Below are positions 46,994 through 55,278 of a DNA stretch of 55,278 bases, in pieces. The notes under the pieces were generated by a model. That model had not been told where the DNA came from. It did not search any database and worked only from the letters and a program-made list of their open reading frames with translations. Origin of the DNA: Vitrella brassicaformis CCMP3155 (lineage: Eukaryota; Protista; Chromerida); NCBI GenBank assembly GCA_001179505.1, contig CDMY01000540.1:1-55278 (forward strand), read 5' to 3'. The position numbers and the translations under genes are program-made. Each line of letters begins with the position of its first letter. Position 1 is the first letter of the stretch.

Positions 46994-49112
46994 TTAGTCG
47001 TAGCCCAGCGCGTCGCACAGGCGTTTTTGTAGTTGGGTTTTGTTGCCGCCGACCAGCATTTGGTAAGCCTGAACCATTAGACCAAGAGCAGTACATGCGT
47101 GTCTCTGTGCATACGTGTGTGTCCATGAGTCCAAGTTCTTTACTCTGCAATATTCCTTTAACTCCACGACCTGAAATCCACACAGACACAGTGAGACATT
47201 CCATGTGTCTGTCCAGCCGTCCAAACGTATCTCTCTTCTATCAGACCAGCATGTTTTTGATTTCTTCTTTTGTCGGCTTTGTGGCGTCCTCGGGGATCAC
47301 AGGTAGACGATGACTGCAGAACCACAACACACAACAAGTTGCACTACATCGATCGATCGCAGCACCCTGCCCCATATAAAACTCCCCTTACCAACTCACC
47401 TGTTGCCTGCCCTTCTTGCTTTGTCTCTTGCGCATCAGAGACGATGTAGAATGCAATGGCTCACCCTTCCAGACATCACAGATGCACACGTATGTAGCTC
47501 TCGTCGGGATATTGTTGGTTGACTCACTGACCTCGTCTTGTTTCCCCTCGCCCATCTGCTGGTCTCCCTCCTGGCACGCACCCGTCGGCTTCTCTTCCTG
47601 CTTGCCACGGCTGCAACACACAAGCAAGACATACGAAATTCCACATCGATCAACCACAATCGCCTGCCTCATACAAACCCAGGTCACCAACTCACCTGTT
47701 GTCCTTCTTGCTCTCGCGCCTTGGTGCCGCAACAAGCATTGCTGCGGGGCGAAGGAAGAGCGGTCGGTTCTCATCGGCGGAGGATGAGAGCTCATCGCAG
47801 TTGTCGAAGTTCTCGGCCGGCTGGAACATGCCATCGATGGGCGGGTGAAAGTCACGAAGTATCGACCCATCCAGTCTGTTGACGATGTTGAGGCTCTCGG
47901 CGAGTTGGTTGCGCTGCTTGATGGCGATGAAGAGGGCGTCGCGCATCTGATCCCACGTGTAGTCCTCGGGCACGACCCCTTTGCCGTAGTAGGTGCGCTT
48001 CTGAACGGTGAACTGTACAGTGAAGCGGCTGAGCGTCTTGGACCAGTAGATTCCTAATGCTGGCAGCACCGGGCCACGATCCCCATTGCGCCGCCCCCCT
48101 GTGAGGCTCGTCTTGAGGTGCTTGAGGAGGCAGGTGGCTTTCTTTGTGGCGCTGACGGTGCTGCTCGGCTTGATTGTGCTGGGCTTGGTGCAGCTTCCGT
48201 CGTTCTTTGGCGTCCAGTCGCTGTCGCTTTGCATCTGGCCGTCCTTGCGCTGCCCCCCACTAGTCAGACGCTTGACGCGCTCCTCACCGTCGACCGCACG
48301 ATCGCCGATGCACACCGAGGGGCCCCCGTCGTTGATCTCGTGAGGCATGTCGATCTGCGGGAGTCCAAATTGGCTGGCCATCATGTTGCGGGCGCGGACG
48401 GCATCAGAGAGAGATTTCTTGAGACAGCGGACAGTCCAGCGGGCGGGTTTGAAGCGGCCACCCCACGCTTTCTGCTGGCCCTTGCGGCGGGTACAATACG
48501 AGTATCTCTTGGTGTCCCAGTATACACCTGACAATAGCAAGGGTGCAAAGAACAATAGAGACATTGTGTTGTGGGCATGTATGTATTTGAGGGTATGATG
48601 TTGGGCACCGAGCGTCTCATTGTCGGCTGCGCTTCGCAGCACGTCACAGAAATGGCGGGCAACCATCGAGCCCTTGTTCTTGCCCAAGTTGCGATCTTCA
48701 TCTATCTTGTCTATGTCTGACACATGCCACAGAGACACACACACCACATACATTTTGAGAATGAGATTGTTTTGCGCGTACTGAGTAGCAGCCGCGGCCG
48801 CATCGATGGGGACAAGAACTTCGTCGGCCCGCCGTCGGCCGCATCTGGAGAGCTGCCCAAGGGCAAAAAGCGACTGCGGCGGTGCAGAGGCGGATCACTG
48901 TGCTCACATCTGCCGCCCTGGCCCTCTCCCTCTTCCTCCTCCTGTCCCTCTCCCTCCCCCTCTTGTGCTCCCAGAACATCCAGGAACGTCGCAAGTACTG
49001 CGGCATGAGAGAGGGGCGGGTTCTGCAGGGCGGGCGGTGCAGGAGACGGATGCCAGCGGGGGTCGGGGACAAGGGGCGGGAGCATGCCATCAGGGTGTTG
49101 GCTGCCATCCAT
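46994..49112 (-). CDS. ApiAP2-like transcription factor with two AP2-like domains and a C-terminal SAP domain
   Basis: L|GVYWDTKR..DAVRARN and GIYWSKTLSRFTVQF..ALFIAIKQRNQL (AP2-like). IKNML|VVELKEYCR|AYQMLVGGNKTQLQKRL (SAP). Exons join in phase from ATG 49112. Confidence 0.72.
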
Positions 49113-49148
49113 AATGTGAGAAAAAGCTGCGAGTCTCAGACTCATCCA

Positions 49149-49195
49149 AGCTTGGTGCCGGGTGGCACCCCAATTGCGCCACCCGGCACCAAGCT
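49149..49195. promoter_or_regulatory. Perfect 18-bp inverted repeat (11-nt spacer) in a 155-bp divergent intergenic region
   Basis: agcttggtgccgggtggc (49149-49166) / gccacccggcaccaagct (49178-49195). The repeat is certain; a regulatory role is inferred. Confidence 0.5.
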
Positions 49196-49267
49196 CGCAC
49201 CTCGGGCTGCTGAAATCGCTCTTCCCCGTGCTGCCGCCAGTGCTGCTTCCCCCTGACCCTTCCTGAC

Positions 49268-51298
49268 ATGGCTGAGGGCAAGATCTTCCATGAGGCGTCC
49301 GCAGCGCTCGACGCGTGTCGAGCGGGCATAGATGAGGTGGACAACGAGGTGCGGCGGACGAAGGCGGGCGTCATAGACCTGGTCCAAAGCAGAGGGGGAC
49401 GGTGGGCGGCTGACAGTGCGGATGACTGTGGTGGAGGTGAGAATGTGCACATCAACGCTGGCGGAGAGGCCTTCACTGTCCCGCGACGCTTCTTCCGTTC
49501 GCTCGAGGGCACGCTGGTTGCAGAGACCTTCTCAAGTATGTGAGGCAGTGAGACGGTGAAGCAAATCTATGTGCTCATCTCATCTCATGACGTGGGTGTG
49601 ACTTGCGTGTTCGATGGACAGGTCGCTGGCATGACGGTCTTCTCCGCGACAGCGAGGGTCGGGTCTTCCTGGATCTCCACCCACCAGCATTTGAGAGCTT
49701 CGTCAACGAGCTCGTCAGACACCACTGGCACCACGAGCTTCACAAGACGGCCACCACATCTGAACGGCTGGACGTGCCGAGAGAGCTCGAGGATGATCCT
49801 TCAGTGGTGTTTGTCTTCAAGCTGCTGATGCAGCCGATGGCGCTCGACACGCCTGTGAGGGATGACGATGCGGCCATGGTCGTCATGGATGTGGCGGAGG
49901 AGAGCGAATCGGCGGCGCATGAGAGGGCTCATAGTGCGCTAAGCGATGCACTGAAGAGGCTGGAAGGCTACAAGCGGCGCCTTGAGGGGCTCAGTGGGCG
50001 GCTGCAACATCTACGAGAGGCCACGAAGCGGCGAGTGGCACTCATGTCGCCATTCCTGCAGCGCAAGGACGACGGCCAAGGTGCCCAATGAGAGATAGAC
50101 ATGCCGTCAGCTTCGCATGGGCAAGTGTGCACGTCCGTGTTGTGTGTGCGTGTCACTGTTCGTCGACCTTCAGATGAGGAGATAGTGTCTGTGACAGTCC
50201 TGGGCCGCCGCGTGTCCACCCGCCTGTCGACCCTCATGGCGATGGGCGAGCACTCCACGATCTATAATCGCTTCCGCCGCTGGAGCGACGCGGATATCAT
50301 CTCGGCCACACCCATCGACTCTCTGCGCCTCATCGTGGACCTCTGCCGCCGCTTTGCCCTGACAGCCGAGCTTCCCGGCCAAGCAGCACTGCCTGGCGGG
50401 TCGCTCGAGAGCGGCCCGATGTGGCGCACGCTCGACGACAAGAGGCAGGAGCTGTTTCTCGACATGCTGGCCATGTACAACCTGAGGCGGGAGGACTTCT
50501 GCAGGGGGCCGGAGGGCAGCACTCTGATGTGCGGCGGGGAGATGATTGGACCGCTGGCCAAGTGGATGCGGAGTGGAGAGAGGATGCACCACATGCAACT
50601 GCTCTACAAGTGAGACCAAACAAGGAAAAGAGAAAGATCACTTCTCTCTCGTTTCCTGCTTCTTTATTCAGGGCGTCTCGTGATGGCTTCGAGTACATTC
50701 GGCTCGCTGAGAAGCTGTCTGATCCGCACCGCGCGCTTCTCATCCTGGTCCGCTCAAGCCCCGGCCGCGAGCTGCTGGCCATCCATCTGGACGGACCTGT
50801 GAGGCTCCCACGCACACCCCTCACCGGTGCTTCAATCACCTATGTGCCCATCGCCTTTATCAAGCTCAGAGGCACACACGAGAGGCCATGGACAGGTGAG
50901 TTGATGAATGAATGGGTGGGTATCCTATTCTCCCAAATGCATGCCTTTCGTCTGTGTATGTGATTCACTCAGGTCGGATTGCCCTCGACGGCGCCAAGGC
51001 TTCCGGCAACTTCGAGGGCTTGATGGCCATCACCAGCAGTGGTGGGTTGTGGTTCAAGGCCAACGGAGAGGTGTGGATCGGCACCGAGGGTGGGAACGAC
51101 CTCACGCAGTGCCGTGCCAAGATGCGCCGCCGCACCGAGGCCCACGACACGAGCGACGACACGACGAGTCAGCCGAGGTGGCTGGTGGGCGAGGCTGACG
51201 AGTTTGTGATCGATGAGATTGAGATCTGCAGCCTGACGGCCAGGGCGTGGGAAGTGAAGGACAGCGAGGGGCGGGATGGACCCGGGAGCAGGGCGTAG
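49268..51298 (+). CDS. BTB/POZ (KCTD-type) + TLDc domain protein
   Basis: VHINAGGEAFTVPRR..RDSEGRVFLDLHPPAF (BTB); second BTB-like IVSVTVLGRRVSTRLSTL; QLLYK|ASRDGF..LILVRS and EFVIDEIEI (TLDc). In-phase introns. Confidence 0.85.
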
Positions 51299-51737
51299 GT
51301 GTAGACAGACGTCTTGGCTCGTGTGTGGTGCAATGTGTGGCAATGACGTGCATGCTTCTTTATCAGAGTGTGGTTTGTGCTACGTCTTGTTCCATCTCTG
51401 TTCTGAAGCCGACGTGGGTGTGGTTGGCAGGCAGCGAGTCAGTTTTTGTCAAAGAGAGTTTGTGTGTGTGGATGTGTCGGTCACTTTCGGCTCGCAGCTC
51501 TGTCTGGCTGGGTGGGCGGTGTTGTTGTTTGACTTCACTGCCGTGTGCCGTGTGAGAGTCTGTACCCTATACTCTATCGGTGCGATGAGGGCACGATGTC
51601 AATCTGAAATCTATCTTCAAACGCCATACGATAAACGCATCACCGTCCCAAAAAGGCACCCTCTTAAACCACACCCGTCAGCATCCATGACTCTCTGTGT
51701 CCCATTCATCCATCCATCCATCCATCTAAACGTCTGT

Positions 51738-54615
51738 CTATGTGCAGCACGTGAAGGTGAGGGCGTCGCGCTCAAAGCCCATCTTGAAGGCCGAGCGCAT
51801 GATGCTGAGAACGGCGTGCCGTGACTCGAATCGCGTCCGCACACCGCGGCGAATGTCGCCGTCGGCGAACTTGGCGGCGACTTGCGCATGCCGCGCAGTT
51901 CGGTCAGTGAGGTCATGCTCGCGATGAGGGCGCCGTAGAAGACTTCCATCGAGACACCATCCGGCAGACCGGCTGACAACCAACGTACAAACGACGGCAT
52001 AGTTTGGTTGAGCACGGTGTAGACGTCCCTCCATGCGCGTACCGTCTTCGTTGAAGCACATGTCGAGTTGGTGGATGAGTGGGAGGGATGCGTTGTCGCT
52101 ACCCCAGAGCATCATGTCGCGCTGCATGTCGTCCCCGGTGATGGCGGACGGTGCCATGTTGATGTTGACGGTGAAGGGTCGCATGCTGTTCTTGTCCTTG
52201 ACCAGCTGTTCCCGCAAGTTGACCAGGAAGCAGCAAGCCAGGCGCGCCGTGTCGTCGACCACACCCCCGCCGTAAGGCTCCCGCAGATGGATGTGCACTA
52301 CCCCCTGGACACGTAACGGTGTGCATGTCTGTTTTTTTGAAAATGTGCGGCGGGCAACCGCCTGAAATGAAAAAATGCGGTGGAGGCAGCGAAGATTGAA
52401 ATTGTGCAGTGGGAGACAGCAAGACATTTGAAAAGATGCAGTGGAGAGACAGGTAGATGAAAAAGTACATGATGATCAGACACTACTCTTTCAAGCTCCA
52501 GCACATGTGTGCTCCTCAGGATGCCCTTGAGAGCTGCCTCGACAGTGAAAATGTGCGGTCTTGTCGAGGAAATGGGATGAAAAATTGCGTCGGGCGATCA
52601 AACGAATGAAAATGTTCGCTAAGACCGTCGAGAATGAATTTGTGCGCTGGAGAGCGGCGATGTTGAAAAAATGCGGTTTGAAACCGTTACGTGTCAGGGG
52701 GTCAATGTGCACACACCTGCGAGGCACAGTACGGACACAACACAAACAAGGCGGAGCGGCACATTGGTTGGTGAAAGAGAGGGAGGCGTGCTGAGCGGCC
52801 TGCCTGCATGCCTCCCTCCCTCCCTCCCGGCCTGCCTGCCTGCCTGCCATGGGCTCACATTGGGGCTTTGCTGATGGCCTTGACGATCTTGTCGTTGAAG
52901 CGGAACCCGTGCGCCAGCACCACGTGTGCGTTGGTCACCTTGGGGAAGAGTGTGCTGTCCTCCAGCTCAGCGCGCTCGTCCTTCAGAGAAGACGGCGATT
53001 GCGCCGGCGCGACCGACTGGTCCTCCTCCTCGCCGTACGTCACGACATTCGCGAGGCGTGCGAACTCCTTGACGAGCTTCTGAACCTGAGCGTCCACAAA
53101 GATACTTGTGAGAGCCTCTCAACCTGTACGCGCTTTGAGAGAGAGCGTACCAGAGACGATTGCGACTTGCTCCATTCGACTAGCTCCAGGGCGATGGAGC
53201 GTGTCTCTGTGTGAGATGGCAGTGCGTCGATGATGTGCACCTGCTGCTGCACGTCCGGGTGGGCCACTGTCTCGGTAAGGTGGGCGAGCTTCTCGATCAG
53301 GCTCTTTCTCTCCATGTCCAGATGCGTCACCATGCAGTAGTCGATCCGCAGCTCCGTCAGCACCCGCAAGCACCCTCGTTCGACGAGCACCTGCCGCAGC
53401 TCGTCAAGCTGGTCCTCGCTGAAGCCTTGCAGCGACAGCGGGCCAACCGAGCGAAGGCATGCCAGCGAGCGTCCCTTGGGCAGCGTCTTGAGGAGCTTCA
53501 CCATGTCGCCCACCGAAGGTGCTCCCTTGAAGGTCTCGAGCTGCTCGCACCCCTTGACCCACTTCTTCGCTCCACCCATGTCGCGGCCGGCATGCAAGTC
53601 GAGGTGCTTGATGGCCGGTGTCTGCCAGTTGCGGTTGAGACGCACAGATGGGTTGGGCAGGCCGCGGACGTCCTCGAGTGCGTCAAGCAGCACAGGGCTG
53701 CCCGTGGGCGGGAGGGGCTTGGTCGACTTGTCGCGTGCGTCGCGTTCCCGCTGGTACGACGACTGCGCTTGGGGGCCTTCCTCCGACTTCCAGGTGAGCG
53801 TCTTGAGGGTGCCCTTGCCCTGCCCGACCGCCGCAGCTCTGCCGTGTGCGTGGCTTTCGACGATGGCCGTATGGGTGCCGGCACACCAGTCGGATGAGTA
53901 TGGGTAGACGACGCCCACGCTCTGCAGGTTGGTGGCCCGCTGGCCCCAGCGATAGGCCACATCGACGGGCAGCCGCTCCCAGAGGGTCTGCACGCCGCCC
54001 TTCTCCGTGCCGTCGATGGTCAGGCGGGTGTAGCCCTTGGCGGCCTCCATCACCAGCGACTTGCCGATGCACGGCCACATGCGCGTCAGCTCCCAGGGCG
54101 GACAGCAGCCCATCACCGATGCCAGCGCATTCTGATTGTCGCCCAAACGAACCGCAGCCTGCACGGCACACATTCGAGTCCGTGTATCTGTGTCTATTCC
54201 GGTGCCTGTGTGCATACCGGCAGCTCCGGATCAGTGTCATCGCCAGATTTGTGGATCAGGCGGTACGACGGAGCAGGCGGGCCATCGCCACTGGCCACCT
54301 TGTCACCCGCCTGTAGACGAAACAACCCGTCAGTGAGGGAAGTCGGTTTGCTGGCCTCCCTCTGTGCATGCGTGGTACCTGTGCCTCATGCTTGTCTTCC
54401 TCTTGCTTTTCTTGTTGCTCTTGGCCCTGCTGGCCAGCTGGGCTTGGCTGGTCTTGCTGAAGCTGTGAGCGGCAGGCGGCCACCTCACGGTCAGAGGCCA
54501 GGTCGGCAGCAGCGGCCCTCACAGCCTGTTCAGCAAGCGACACCTGGAGCGACGATGACGCGACGGTCAGCGACAGACTCGAAACGGCGGCGCTGGAGCG
54601 CTGCAGATGCACCAT
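51738..54615 (-). pseudogene. Lineage-specific-family gene disrupted by a TIR element and apparent frameshifts
   Basis: Exons splice in phase from MVHLQRSS.. through AAVRLGDNQNAL..WELTRMW..VQKLVKEF..KAP. The next exon is split by the 52299-52704 insertion. Codon-bias frame switches occur near 52045 and 51890. The start may lie further upstream. Confidence 0.6.
52299..52704. mobile_element. 406-bp non-autonomous TIR element (MITE, hAT-like 8-bp TSD)
   Basis: TIRs TACCCCCTGGACACGTAACGGT (52299-52320) / ACCGTTACGTGTCAGGGGGTCA (52683-52704). TSD ATGTGCAC at 52291-52298 and 52705-52712. Removing the element plus one TSD restores the host frame. Confidence 0.88.
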
Positions 54616-54714
54616 GTGCGATGCAGACGGGTACTGCACACAGATAGACAGACAGACAGACGGACATACAAGGTGTCCGCAGCACCAGCTCACACGCAAT
54701 GCAGTGTACGTACT

Positions 54715-55042
54715 CGTTTCTTGCGACTCATCTCTTCCAGCTCAGCGGCACGGTCGATGACCTCGGTTAGCTGATGTGTCATTCCACGTCACGCACCCAG
54801 GTAGACGCGTCTTGTGATGTGATATCCTCCGTGCCTACCTTGGTGCTCAGCGGGCGCATGTCCCTGAGGCGCTCACGCAGATCAAAGGTCTCATTCTGCA
54901 GCTGCATGCGTGTGAATCAACACAGACGCACGCATGCGTTGTTGCCGAAAGATCCCGCATGTGGCGCATGTCCTTTTGCGTTGCTCACCTTGTCGAGCAC
55001 TTCCACATGCAACGCCTCCCGCTTCCACATTTCAGTCATCCG
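54715..55042 (-). CDS. Coiled-coil-encoding exons (MTEMWKREALHVEVLDK|NETFDLRERLRDMRPLSTK|LTEVIDRAAELEEMSRKKR); end of a gene entering from the right, or 5' exons of the 51738 gene
   Basis: Three phase-0 exons with canonical donors and acceptors. Confidence 0.45.
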
Positions 55043-55278
55043 AGTACTCATTTTTGAAGCGCACACAACGGTTTTGTTTGTTTGGTTGGTTAAGGGTTTG
55101 ACGAGACACCTGTCCCTAAGCCCGGCGCTACCTTCCGGCGCAACCAGGCATCTTCTCTGTCCACAGCACACACCAAACAGGCAACAGGCACATGCAGAAT
55201 GCATGCACAAGGCCTATCTGCCCTTCCCATGGAGCAGTGGGTGCTAGTCTGACAAGTCAGCGTCAAGCACCCACTGCT

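Noticed and set aside
52338-52676. CRISPR array
   Set aside because: 13-bp degenerate repeats, 15-19-nt spacers, enclosed by TIRs and a TSD, eukaryotic context, no cas genes.
1-55278. rRNA, tRNA, transposase, reverse transcriptase or viral genes
   Set aside because: No recognisable motifs found by eye. tRNAscan/Infernal were not run.

Overview
GC-rich, intron-dense eukaryotic DNA. The GT-AG introns full of (GACA)n/(GGAT)n/(GT)n, the ApiAP2-like gene and the BTB-TLDc gene point to a chromerid alga such as Vitrella brassicaformis; this is inferred, not checked. There are four 300-N assembly gaps. About 15 genes were reconstructed by hand-splicing: a stand-alone Pol X 8-kDa-domain protein, a secreted/plastid protein of unknown function, a 4-TM protein, a MATE transporter, a TPR protein, an FAD monooxygenase, a DUF2306 protein, an AP2+SAP protein, a BTB-TLDc protein, several hypotheticals and two decayed genes. 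The centrepiece is a >14-kb gene (17393->31640) whose product joins MATH, USP7-like protease, UBL and RluA-type pseudouridine synthase domains. Both enzyme domains appear to have lost their catalytic residue (Cys->Asp, Asp->Pro). Part of one exon is present three times in two diverged versions. Non-coding highlights: a 406-bp TIR element with an 8-bp TSD and a ~30-bp-periodic 13-mer array inserted in an exon; a 115-bp-arm hairpin; ~450-bp direct repeats flanking the intronless DUF2306 gene; an 18-bp palindrome in a bidirectional promoter. All domain calls are by eye from motif knowledge, with no database search.
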